From contig NC_081365.1 of NCBI RefSeq assembly GCF_030684315.1, forward strand, positions 45,865,205-45,929,204: DNA of 64,000 bases, written 5' to 3'. Within the stretch, counting starts at the first letter, position 1, and every line of letters starts with the position of its first letter. This document shows positions 26,501 to 37,625 of this stretch, one piece after another. The notes beneath the pieces are model-generated. The model saw only the letters and a list, made by a program, of their open reading frames with translations. It was not told the origin of the DNA and ran no database searches. This DNA is from Stegostoma tigrinum. Lineage: Eukaryota. The position numbers were made by a program, and so were the translations under genes.

Positions 26501-29500
26501 TGCTGAATCTAGAACCTTCAACTAGTTCTTAATATCTCATGGAATTAACCAAATTGGGTAAAGACTGGTGTTGGGGGGACTTCAGTATCAGGTCAAGATT
26601 AATCAATCACGAGGTAGTTCATATTAACATATGAAATAGGAAGCCACAGGACAGGTAGACCGTTCAGCGCTTTGGGCCTTCTCCTATCAGTAGGCTCACA
26701 GCCCATTTGTTTGTGCTTCAAAATCTACATTCCCACCTAATCCTGATAACCTTTGATTGCCTTATCTTCTAGATGAAAGTAACTGAAAATGTTTCAGCTT
26801 TGTTGTTTGCACTGATGTTCTGCATGAGATGCACATCTTTTATAGAATGCCTACAGTATGGAAACAAACCCTTCAGCTCAACAAGTCTACATTAACCCTC
26901 AAAGCATCCCATCCAGACCCATCCCCCTAATCTACACATCCCTGAACACTTTGGGTTATTTAGCATGGCCAATCCACCTAGCCTGCACATGTTTGGACTG
27001 TGGGAGGAAACCAGAGAAAACCCATGCAGATACAGAGAGAACGTGCAAATTGCATGCAGACAGTCGCACAAGGATGAAATTGAACCCAGGCCCCTGGCAC
27101 TGTGAGGCAGTACTGCTAACCACTAAGCCACCGTAATCTTGATCACTAAGCTGTATTTATAGCATGCTGTTTCCAGTTTCTGACTTATATTACTGTTGTT
27201 CTGGTTTTACTAGATTGCCATCTCATTTTTTATTCTGAATGGTACTGATCCTGTCTGTTTCTTCTACATCCCTCATGAAACCAGGATTTGGCCCTAGGTT
27301 AGATGGTAATGGTAGACTGGGAAAAGTGTTGAATTATGTGTCTACAGATTGTGGCCTGGTTTTATTCTATTGCAACATTTCCATAGCAGATTTATAAAAT
27401 TGAGGGTTTAGTGGGATATTTAGGGGCATTAAGAGTCATTGAAGTTGCTGTAGTCACATAAAGGCTAGACTAAGTAGGAAGGCAGATTTCCTTTCCTAAA
27501 AATCCTTAAAGAACCAAATAGGCACTTATGGTTATCCAGCAGTTTAATGGATATCTTTGAAACTAGCACTTTATTCCAGATTTACTAATTGCCAGCTGCA
27601 TAACATATATTGGGAGCATTTTATTCCAGGCATCTGGATTAGTCCAGTAACATTCCCACCATACGACAATTACTGTAGTGTCTATCGTTAAATAAGCCTA
27701 TTGTAAAAAAAATACTTTGGTGCTTACGTGGCTTAAAGTAGAGCATATTTTATAGCTTGTTTTGAATACTTTTTGTAGAACTACAGTTACTGCCATGTGT
27801 TCAATGGATTTTAGCAGCTTTCCCCTTGATACTCAGAACTGCTCACTGGAGCTTGAAAGTTGTAAGTATCTAATACTTGGTTTGCTAAGTTTGAGTGGTA
27901 ATACTTGTTTATTCTTCAATGCATTTAAAAGTCTGGTGTGATACAAGTATCATAGGTTGAAATTTTCTTTGTTTCCAGAGTTATCTAAAACATTATTTTA
28001 ATTTTTTTTTAATTAACTGACTGATAAGAATTAGTCAACTAGAGCCTAGGATAATATAGTCAGATGCTGGCATGTTTGATAAATTTGTAAAATTATTTTA
28101 CCAACCTAATTATAGTAATGTAAGTCGTCAGTTTGTAATCTTGGTTTGACCCGTAATAATGCCTTTATGTTTTCCTATAGATGCTTACAATGAAAAAGAT
28201 CTAATGCTCCATTGGAAGAATGAAAAGGAACCACTGAAGACAGATGAACAGATTTTACTTGCTCAGTTTTTCATACAAGAATTTCGTGCATCAAGTGGAC
28301 TTGCATTTTATAGCAGCACTGGTATGTTTCTCTCACCATGATAGGTATCTGAATGATGAAAAGCTGAAAGTTTGTAATCCTACAGAGAGAGGTTCAATTG
28401 CTATTATACAATTTGATGGCAAATTATCATAAATATGCCCATTGAGAACAGCATGACTTGTTGGATACTCACAGTACATAGCAATCAGCGTTTTGATACT
28501 GCTCCAACTAATGGGTAATGCAGATGATGGTGCAGAAAGAGTTATTGTCCATAAACCAGGTTTTTGTCATTATAATTTCAACGGATTCATTCCTAATAAA
28601 ATAATAGAAGCTTAGGCTTTGTGAAAAATCAAAAATTCTGGATCATTGTAAAACTTGGGGAGGTTAATTATGTTAGTTATTTGGGTGGTGAGATGAGATA
28701 GCACACATTAGAGCAATGGTGAGGAGCCCTTTAAGGTCGACTCCTGGAGAATGACTCAGCATGATGGATAGTGAGAGACAATGGGAAACTTAGGGTGTTA
28801 CTAGAGGTCTACAGATGCAATTGGAGAGTCCCAAGGAATATGCAGAGATGAGCCATGGGGTCAGATGATCGATGTAGTATATTTCGATCTTCTAAGAAGG
28901 CATTCAATAAAATGGCACACACAGGTTTAGCACTCAAGATTGTGGATATGAGCCAATTCCCACTGAATTCAGGACTGGTTAACAGAGAAAACAGACAGCC
29001 AATATGAGGGCCATTGTAGGAATGCCAGGGTGTTACTTGTGCAGTGACACCAGGATATGTACTTGGCACCGGTGATTTAAAATGTACTACAATGACTTAG
29101 GTGAGAAGATTATGTGACTCTGATTCGCTGATGATACAAAACTGGGTGGGAGGGAAAGCTGTTGGTAGAGGAGACTGGTTTGGTGGCTGGGCAAGAGGTT
29201 GGTAGATGCAACATAACGGAAAATGTATGGAATTATTCACTTTTGTCAGAAGAATTGAAAGCAGAATGCTTTTTAAAAGATGAGTGGCTAGTAAATGCTG
29301 GTATTTAGGGATATTTGAAGACCTAGTACAAAAATCAGGGAAAGGTAACATGCAGTCCAACAAGCAGTTAGGAAGGCCTTATTCCAATGGGATGAGAGTA
29401 CAGAAACAATGTTGCAATTATATTGGGTTTTGATTTTAAAAATTACATTGGAAGTACGCTGTACAGCTTTGGTCTCCTGACATAGGGAAGAAAAGGGAGT

Positions 29501-32500
29501 GGGTAATTTCAGTGGTTTGGTAATCCAGAAAACCACAATAGCGCCTGTGGCTGTGGGTTTGAATCTTGCATGGCAAATGTTGACATTTTAATTCAATTAA
29601 ACTGGACTTAAAACACACCTAACAGTGACAATGTAACCACTGTTGATTGTTGTAAAATATCCACCTCATTTACTAATGCCTATTAGGGAAGGAAATTTGC
29701 TATCTTTATCCAGTCTGGTCTACACATGTCTGCAGACCCACAGCAATATGGTTGGCTCTTAACTGCCCCTTTGCAATTAGGGACGAGCAATAAGTGTCAA
29801 CCCAATGACATCCAGATCCCACGAACAAATTTGATTTTAGAACGAAAATGTTTGACTAAGAGAAATGCAGTAAAGATTTGGGTATAATGGAAAGATTGGG
29901 TATAATGGCCACATAGTTTTTGAAATTCAGAGGATTCTTCTATTTGAGAGGACTTAACAGCTAGATGCTGAAAAGCTGTTTCCCTTGGCTGTAGAGTCTG
30001 AACTGGGGATCTCAGGATAGAGGCAATTTGGAACAAGGGGAAATGCCTTCATTCAAAGGATAGTGAGTTTTTTTAATTCTCTACTCCAGAGGCCGAAGAC
30101 TGCTCAGTTATTGGGCATATTGAAGGCTGATATCAATAGATTTTTAGGCACGGAGAGGATGAAGAAATATGAGGATAAATGCAGTTGAGGTAGAAACTTG
30201 GCCATGCAAAGAATATTTACCAAAATTGTAACTTTTCTTTTCTCCTCAGGTTGGTACAACAGATTGTTCATTAATTTCATCCTGAGGAGACACATTTTCT
30301 TTTTTCTTTTACAAACCTACTTTCCAACCATGTTAATGGTCATGTTATCTTGGGTTTCCTTTTGGATTGACAGAAGAGCAGTCCCGGCTCGGGTTTCACT
30401 GGGTAATTTATTATAATTTTCTTTATGTTTCTTCTTGTCTTTATCAAAGTGGGGGATAAAAGAGCCCAATGACAGCATGAAAGCTCTTAAATTAAATCAA
30501 AATGATAACATTGTGCATAAATTTAAAACCTTACAAGAGGATTTCCCTTAGCTCTGATAACAATTTTTCCATTTATTACATTGAATGAGATGGACAACTT
30601 AGTGCCAGCCAGCCCGTTCCCCAAAGTGAGAAGTTTTGAGATGTGTGTCGGTGTATGCCAGAAATTAACTTGAAAATGCTTGTTATAGCGGGCTAATTTC
30701 AAATTGTTACAATTGCTTCTCCTCATATCCCTATGTCTTTAGAGGAACAATCGCTCTAGTATTATTACTAGACAATTAATCAGGCAACCTGGTAATGTTC
30801 TGGAGACCCAGGTTCAAATCCTGCCATGGTAGATCGTGACGTTTGCATTAAATTTCGAAACAAAATCTGGCATTAAAAGTCTAAAGATGACCATGAAACC
30901 ATTGCTGATTGTCAGGAGAAACCCATCTGGTTCACTAATGTCCTTTAGGGAAGGAATCTCCCATCCTATTCTGGTCTTGTGTACATGTGACACTAGACCC
31001 ATAGCAATGTGGTTGACTCTGAACTGCCCTCTGGGACAATAAATTCTGCCCTAGCTAGCGACACCCACGCCCCACGAACAAAACAAAACACTAGTGCAAG
31101 AATAACAATATGGAAACCTGTTAAAGGTTTGTGGCTAGTGCAGCATGATAGTACATTGAGGAAGTATTAGAAATAAAGAGACATTTGTGACCTCCCTCAC
31201 AAATTTGCTGCTGTGACACATTGCTTGAAATTCAGCCTCTCATTATTTAGCTCTGTCCCATTCCGTTCACATCAGTTTCCAGCATTTCCACAACTATTGA
31301 GTTATTGTAGATTTACACCTCTATGTTTTGGTACAGAATGTCCAGAGTCACTATATATTTATTTGTGATTTAACTTTGTTTGACTGAGATCTGCATCTGG
31401 CTCAAAGTATACACTGCCGGTCTCAGTGGACAAAGAATTGCTGACTTGTGCTGCATCCCAAAGCTGAGAAGGTTCAATTTCTGGAATGGCTTTCCCAAAG
31501 CCATGCCCCTTTACTGCATAATAATGGAATATGAAGAGGAACAGTAGAAGCAAGAGCTCTGTGAAAGTGAGGCCTAAAGCAGAAGTAAGCAACATATTTG
31601 ATTACACTGAACTCGTATCAATTATTCTGTTACATACTATTGCAGGAAATCTGGTGCAAATTCCCATTCATAACAGTGACATAAACTGGTACCAATTTTG
31701 GCATATGTGACATTGAGGAAATTGAATACTTTTGCATCCAACATGATGAATGTAACTTTTGATTTGAGCATAACTGAAAGATAAGCATTTACGAATTAAG
31801 TTTGCATGAAATTTAGCTTGACTCAGTTTATGCCTCATGAAAGCACACTTTAACATACTAGCTAAAATGTTGGTGCTTGATGTTAATCCCTGTACTTGTT
31901 GAGATCTTATCTTTCAAATAGCACAACTAAAAGTGCTGGTTAGACACAATTCAATGCTGCATCACTTCTAAGCTGCTGTTAGTGGAAATGGTTGGAATTG
32001 TTTTATTGCCTCCATTATGGATTGTTCAAAAAGATGGAGAAAAATCCCCCAAAAAATTGGAGATGCTGGCTGGAGACAGGTGATCAACCCACTCTCTATT
32101 CTTGACCCAGATTAGAATATAGGTCCAGGTTTTTTCTTTAACTACTGTCTACCTCACACCATCAACATTTCTTACATATTTTTCTTCTCTACTGCAAGGA
32201 ATAACGATTGTTTTAACAATGTCAACAATTATAACTGGAGTGAATGCGTCAATGCCTCGAGTCTCATACGTTAAAGCTGTGGATATCTACCTCTGGGTCA
32301 GCTTCCTCTTTGTCTTCCTTTCTATAATTGAATATGCAGCTGTAAACTATCTAACCACTATTGAAGAAAGGAAAAGAATGAAACAGAGAGAGAAGGTAAG
32401 ATAACTAAAATTGTTCATTTTTTTTTAAAAAGTATACAAAATAGAAATTGAGGGAATTTTTTAAAGGCTCATCTGATAAATTATATATGGAGTTTTTCTT

Positions 32501-35500
32501 TATGTGACATCTGCATTTGAACATGCTGAAATCGCAATTATGATGATTTTGAACATAATTTAATGCTATGGTTCTCAAAGTTTGGGCTTGCATTTAAAAT
32601 GACTGAGTGTTTCTAAGGCACATGTGATCTTTTCTAAAAGCTGTCTGGGAAAAGGAAGTGGGACCCAGTTTATATGTAATGGGCTATTAGATTTTCTGAT
32701 TAATGGCAAACATATTCAGATAAATTTGCTGCTTTTGTTTTACATGAAGACTCCCAGAAATTCCAGGAGGCCAGGTAAGTAGAGTATCAGGTGGTTTGGG
32801 GATTGTTGCAGGGCGCCAGGTAAGTAGGACTCCAAATGGGTACAGTACCAGTGCATAAAATGTGAAAGGGGTCAGGTTAGTGATGGTAATGTTTAGAATA
32901 GGTCAGGGTGGGCAGAGGATGTTAGGATTTGTGGGAACATGGGTGGTTGATGTCAGGTTCTGGGGAGACAAGGGGCATGCCAGGCTCCAACAGTCAGAGT
33001 GGAAGGAGGTGATTAGTGCTGGGAGGGTGCATGAGGAGTCGGGTCCCTGGGGAGAAGGGAATTTTGGATACTAGATGGATGTTTTTGGATTCTGAGATGA
33101 GACAGGGTTATCACATCACAGATGGAGAGGGTGCATGTCTGGTTTCCACGGGAGTGGGTATTTGGGGCCTCGGATGAGGGGGCATTTTGTGTCCCTAGGG
33201 AATGTAGAGTTGTTGAGTTCTGAGAGAGGAGATTTTCAGGTACTCTTGGTTGCAACAAGAGTTCGGGTGGGTGCGCAGAGTGTTTGCTTCCAGGGAAATG
33301 AAGGAATCTCAGGTTCAATGGTGGGGGAAGGGTATAAAGTCTAGGTGGAAAGGGGGATTCTGGATCAGTGGATATGCAGTTGGGGGGAGTCTATGGTAAA
33401 TTGGTCATGTTTAAAAGTTAGCCAAACTTTAGACCAGATTTTTAAAAGGCTAACTTTTCCTGAGTGACTAGACACTTAACTGCAGTGAAATCATCCACAT
33501 TCTCCAGTTAACACAGATACTTTTGGAGGGTTCCAGGTTTTGGAAATGGCCTATCAGAATTTTCAATTTCCTGGTTAATTTCCTCAGAGTCTGGTTCATC
33601 AGAGATTTCACAGCTTTCTGATGTGCAACTTCCATTTACACAGCAGAATCGACAACAGGGAAAATCTAGGCCAAGAGGTTTCCCATTAAAGTAAAGATGA
33701 GGAAAAATATCTTGTCTCAGTGGGTCAGTGGTCTTCTGAATTCTCTTCCCCAGTGTGCATTGGAGCTGGGCCATTAAATATGTTGAAAGTTGAGTAGAAT
33801 TTTAATGGGGGATGCACAGGTAAATGAAGTGAAGAGCACAATCGATCAGCCTCAATCTTATTAAATGGCAGAGCAAGCTAAATGAAGCATGTATGTCAAA
33901 AAGTCCACCTTCATGATGTATGATTATTTAATCATATGCAGGATTAGGTGGAACAGGTTCATGGGCAAGATACAACCATGCGCTTCCTTGCCAAAATTTG
34001 CAAGCTTGAAGACAGCCACATACATCCTGATGGATACAGCAATGAATTTATAGGATAAGCATTATCTGGGTCAGAGGGAACAAGTGAGGAGAAGCAGCCA
34101 TGCAGGAGTGTATTTTTCTGCCATCAGAAATATCTTCAGTGTTCAGTTCAACTGGATAGCCACATTACAATCCTACTGTTGGTCAAGTTAGGTATTTTTC
34201 ACTTGAAGTTGGGGATCTATTCATGAAAATACTACTTTAAACAAAACAACGTTAGGTAAATCATGGATTACAAAGTGTGGGGCTGGATGAACACAGCAGG
34301 CCAAGCAGCATCTCAGGAGCACAAAAGCTGACGTTTCGGGCCTAGACCCTTCATCAGAAAAGGGGGATGGGGAGAGGATTCTGAAATAAATAGGGAGAGA
34401 GGGAGATGCGGACTGAAGATGGATAGAGGAGAAGATAGGTGGACAGGAGAGTATGGGTGGGAAGGTAGGGAGGGGATAGGTCAGCCCGGGGAGGACAGAC
34501 AGGTCAAGGGGGCAGGATGAGGTTGGTAGGTAGGAAATAGAGGTGCGGCTTGAGATGGGGGGAAGGGATAGGTGAGAGGAAGAACAGGTTAGGGAGGCAG
34601 GACGAGCTGGGCTGGTTTTGGGATGCAGTGGGGGAAGGGGAGATTTTGAAGCCAGTGAAATCCACATTGATACCATTAGGGTGCAGGGTTCCCAAGTGGA
34701 ATATGAGTTGCTGTTCCTGCAACCTACGGGTGGCATCGTTTTGGCACTGCAGGAGGCCCAGGATGGACCTATCATCTAAGGAATGGGAGGGGGAGTTGAA
34801 ATGGTTCGTGACTGGGAGGTGCAGTTGTTTACTGCGAACCGAGCGTAGATGTTCTGCAAAGCAGTCCCCAAGCCTCCGCTTGGTTTCTCCACTGTAGAGG
34901 AAGACACACCGGGTACAGCGGATGCAGTATACCACATTGGCGGATGTGCAGGTGAACATCTGCTTGATGTGGAAAGTCATCTTGGGGCCTGGGATGGGGG
35001 TGAGGGAGGAGGTGTGGGGGCAAGTGTAGCACTTCCTGCGGTTGCAGGGGAAAGTGGTGGGGAGTGTGGAGCGGACAAGGGAGTCGCGGAGAGGGTGGTC
35101 TCTATGGAAGGCAGACAAGGGTGGGGTTGGAAAAATGTCTTTAGTGGCGGGGTCGGATTGTAGATGGCGGAAGTGTCGGAGGATGATGTGTTGTATCCGG
35201 AGGTTGGTGGGGTGGTATGTGAGGACTCGGTGGATTCTCTTTTGGTGGTTATTGCGGGGCGGGGTGTGAGGGATAAGGTGCGGGAAATGCGGGAGACACG
35301 GTTGAGGGTGCTCTGAGTTGAGTGAATCATGGGTTTGTGTAGGAGTCTTCTTGAGGTTAGTATGGGGGTGATGTGCAGTGGATTAGCAGAAGCTGGACCA
35401 GGAGACAAGTCTGTGGGGAGAGGAAATACTGGGAGACAAGGTAGGGTTAGAGCTTAATGATGTTAAAACCAGAAGTGCCAATGTAATTCGAAGAAAAAGC

Positions 35501-37148
35501 CCTAAAGATGAAAATAGGTTCAAAGAAAATAATGTTAAACAGGACAATGGAAACAAGAAATATCAATTACTGAGTAAACTTACCAAGAGAGTACGTCATA
35601 TAGTGATGTTGTGGTGATCTGGTGAAACACCTCTCGTAATCCTGACACCAAGCCTAATGCTGTGGGAACATGAGTTCATATCCTACCATGGTAGCTGATG
35701 GTATTGAAAATTAATTAAGAAATCTGGAATATAAAAACTAGTTTCAATAATGGTGAAAACTACCATGAATACAAATTCCCTCGAGGGAAGAAAATGTATC
35801 ATTCTATTCTAATCTAGTCTACATGTGACTCCAGATCCACAGCAATGTATTTGATTCTTGGTTCCTGTCTGAAATGGCCAACAAACTAGTTAGTTTGAGA
35901 TCAGCTAGGGATGGGCAATTAATGTTAGCCTTGCCAATGACACCCACAGTCCATGAAAGAAGAGTTGATGCATAGCTTAATCTTAGTATCATTGGTGGTG
36001 CCAAACCTGTATTATAATTTAGTTGTAGATAATACAACTTACCCACTGATTTTCAATTGGCTCAACGTGTTTAGAGTCAGTTCCACAGTCATTGGTAGAA
36101 AGGAATGCCAAAATGTTAAGATATAATTGGTTTGACATGATGGTTATGGCCAAATAAACCATAAGATTTCTGGTCTCCCTATTCTGACTCAATATCTCAA
36201 TGGCCCACTCTACCACAACAAATGGTAAATTAATAATTATTTAACCAAAGTTTCCAAGTGGATGCAGTGGCGTACGTGTGTGATCACTGGTGTATTGCAA
36301 ACAGCTGTGTAGATCCTATTTTCTTTGGAAAACTTGGAAAGAGCAGTTCTTTTACATTTCTCAATCAGTTTGTCATTTCTAGTGAAATTGTCACTTGTCA
36401 TTAAAATTAGCACTTCCTTCATGAACAACAAATAATCAACAGTAACTATGTCTATGATCAACTATATATTTTGAGGACCAGTTCTCAAGCAAACACCTGG
36501 TCCCATTGCTGTTGTGAGCACCCATAATCTTAGAAGAAAATAAACCCTGTTATTACACAGAAAGGAAGAAAAGAGCTGATTTTAAATAAGACTGAAGTAA
36601 TTTGAAATTATATTAACTTGCAGTTGATTTTACAGATCTGAAGGTGACTTAGTAAATTATGATACAGTGAACAGATTTATAAATCAAAATGCTGCTTTCA
36701 ACAATTATCAAATTTTATGAATGTTGGGCTCAATTTTAACTCATTTAAAACCCACTTACTTGCATTGAGTTAACATTAGGCCCTAACAGTCAATTTAATG
36801 CAGATGTCAGTAACAGTGATAATCACAAAAGTACTTATTTTTCAGTTTTCAGATTCCTTTAGGTTGAATCAGACGCAAACTATGGCTTTTGATGGCTGCT
36901 ACCATGATAGTCAGCTGGATCTGTCAGACTACGCTGAAGCCCGTTTAAGTGTAGCAAACACTGAAGCCAGAGAACGTGTATCCTGTTCAAATCCGGATGG
37001 TCAACAGTTGAGAAGAAAGAGATCTATTAAGGGGAATGTCACTGCAGTTATGATAAAAAATAATCATGTTATTGATACTTACTCAAGGGTTTTATTTCCT
37101 ACAGCATTTATTCTTTTTAATTTTATTTATTGGTGCTTATTTTCATAA
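14458..37148 (+). CDS. GABRR3: GABA-A receptor rho subunit (rho-3-like), full gene: join(14458-14579,17174-17280,23133-23200,24142-24365,27779-27861,28181-28321,30250-30402,32199-32395,36846-37148), 1398 nt, 465 aa
   Basis: All nine exons have GT..AG boundaries with consistent phases and join into one open frame. It encodes a signal peptide, the Cys-loop (CSMDFSSFPLDTQNC), loops A/B/C (FFVHSKRS, ESYAY, FYSSTGWY) and M1-M4. The intracellular QTMAFDGCYHDS and NNHVIDTYSR segments resemble vertebrate rho-3 rather than rho-1/2. Paralog assignment is from memory, not a tree. Confidence 0.9.
14790..14935 (+). mobile_element. Penelope-like terminal fragment (fourth variant) in rho-subunit intron 1
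   Basis: gagttCTGAGGAagggtcacttgacccAAAACGTTtactc followed by TCTCTCCACAGATGC..ATTTACAGCATCTGCA. Confidence 0.7.
15000..15940 (+). mobile_element. CR1 LINE 3' fragment
   Basis: RT C-terminus KDITALEAVQRRF..RMRGDLLE..ESRTRGHSLRI, plus 3'UTR. Confidence 0.88.
17174..17280 (+). CDS. GABRR3: GABA rho subunit exon 2
   Basis: RPESKRSDSTKTHLTKSEQLLRIEDHDFAMRPGFG; acceptor ttcag|, donor G|GTAAAG. Confidence 0.93.
19560..22390 (+). mobile_element. Nested CR1 LINEs: old copy (19560-20030 and 22172-22390) interrupted by a younger copy (~20035-22170), itself interrupted by a CR1 tail (~21202-21288)
   Basis: ENPKAFYAYIKSK, DKSPGPEGIYPRIL, DFTEAFDKVP, FADD, LERVQKRF motifs; the reading of the older RT resumes after the younger element. 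Confidence 0.85.
23133..23200 (+). CDS. GABRR3: GABA rho subunit exon 3
   Basis: GAAVSVGIDVQIESIDSISEVDM; 68 nt; donor GTAAGT. Confidence 0.93.
23510..24050 (-). mobile_element. Old L2 LINE remnant
   Basis: Minus strand shows ETLPHA-VT and EFIQNSA, matching the L2 RT C-terminal ETLIHAFVTSRLDY..LQLIQNSAA pattern. Confidence 0.55.
24142..24365 (+). CDS. GABRR3: GABA rho subunit exon 4
   Basis: DFTMTLYLRHYWKDSRLAFPS...KIWVPDVFFVHSKRSFIHDTTMENIMLRVYPDGNILYSLR. Confidence 0.96.
25625..25737. mobile_element. Mini Penelope-terminus insertion with inversion and 17-bp TSD
   Basis: TCTGAATCTAATRTGTG at 25608-25624 and 25738-25754. Confidence 0.85.
25905..26620 (-). mobile_element. Degenerate LINE RT fragment (CR1/L2 group)
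   Basis: GSVLDPNIFNCFIN..SEMRMLADN; LDIKAAFG. Confidence 0.7.
26840..27134 (-). mobile_element. HE1-type V-SINE
   Basis: Same head, body and tail as 10795-11104. Confidence 0.85.
27779..27861 (+). CDS. GABRR3: GABA rho subunit exon 5 (Cys-loop)
   Basis: TTVTAMCSMDFSSFPLDTQNCSLELES; tgtag| acceptor, GTAAGT donor. Confidence 0.95.
28181..28321 (+). CDS. GABRR3: GABA rho subunit exon 6
   Basis: AYNEKDLMLHWKNEKEPLKTDEQILLAQFFIQEFRASSGLAFYSST. Confidence 0.95.
28620..30200 (+). mobile_element. Degenerate CR1 LINE interrupted by a SINE (~29510-29835)
   Basis: DVVY.D.KKAFNK, FADDTKLGG, and 3'UTR TTGAAGGCTGATATCAATAGATTTTT. Confidence 0.7.
30250..30402 (+). CDS. GABRR3: GABA rho subunit exon 7 (M1 and start of M2)
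   Basis: GWYNRLFINFILRRHIFFFLLQTYFPTMLMVMLSWVSFWIDRRAVPARVSL. Confidence 0.96.
30748..31090 (+). mobile_element. tRNA-derived SINE, second family (possibly DeuSINE/SacSINE1-like); related copies at 27430-27665(-), 29510-29835, 35610-35960, 37198-37625, 62665-63020(-)
   Basis: B-box GGTTCAAATCC, body CCATCTGGTTCACTAATGTCCTTTAGGGAAGGA, LINE-like tail. Confidence 0.75.
32199..32395 (+). CDS. GABRR3: GABA rho subunit exon 8 (M2-M3)
   Basis: GITIVLTMSTIITGVNASMPRVSYVKAVDIYLWVSFLFVFLSIIEYAAVNYLTTIEERKRMKQREK; donor GTAAGA. Confidence 0.96.
34267..35310 (-). mobile_element. Penelope-like element fragment (GIY-YIG and terminus) in rho-subunit intron 8
   Basis: CNRRKCYTC..YSGETKRRLGDCFAEH..GINVDF; intact hammerhead core at 34328-34357. 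Confidence 0.9.
34328..34357 (-). ncRNA. Minimal type I hammerhead ribozyme motif
   Basis: Reverse complement CTGATGAAGGGTCTAGGCCCGAAACGTCAG. Confidence 0.65.
36846..37148 (+). CDS. GABRR3: GABA rho subunit exon 9 (intracellular loop, M4, stop)
   Basis: FSDSFRLNQTQTMAFDGCYHDSQLD...NNHVIDTYSRVLFPTAFILFNFIYWCLFS*; the phase-0 acceptor at 36845 keeps the frame. Confidence 0.93.
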   Translation, partial: FSDSFRLNQTQTMAFDGCYHDSQLDLSDYAEARLSVANTEARERVSCSNPDGQQLRRKRSIKGNVTAVMIKNNHVIDTYSRVLFPTAFILFNFIYWCLFS

Positions 37149-37197
37149 ATGTTGCTCATTTTCAACCTTTCCAACCTTTCTAATTTTTCTTAATTTA

Positions 37198-37625
37198 GGG
37201 GAGATGGTGGTTTAGTGGTAATATCACTGGACTAGGGATCAAGCAAAGCCTAGGCTAACACCCAGGACCATGGGTTCAAATCCCATCACAGTAGTTGGTG
37301 GAATTTCAATTCAATCAATAAAAACATATTGGATGTTAAGCTAATCTCAGTAATGTTGTCTATGACAGCTATCATAAATTATTATTTAATATAAAATTAA
37401 ATATAATATAAATTATTGTTTAAAAACCTGTCTGGTTCTGTGACACCCTTTAGCAAAGGAAATCTGCTGTCCTTACCCTGTCTGGTCTGCAGTAAATTTG
37501 ATTAACTTTTAACTGGCCTCTGAAATGGTCAACAAGATATTTCCATTCAAGGATAATTAGGGATGGAAAAAAAATGCTGGCCTTATCAGAGAGAGCCACT
37601 TCCAGTGAAAGAATATGGAAAAAAA
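37198..37625 (+). mobile_element. tRNA-SINE 50 nt downstream of the rho-subunit stop codon
   Basis: A-box-like GGTGGTTTAGTGGTAA, B-box GGTTCAAATCC, shared body and tail. Confidence 0.75.

Noticed and set aside
36798-36845. ATG-initiated 116-aa ORF as a separate gene
   Set aside because: It is the last rho exon plus in-frame intron sequence.
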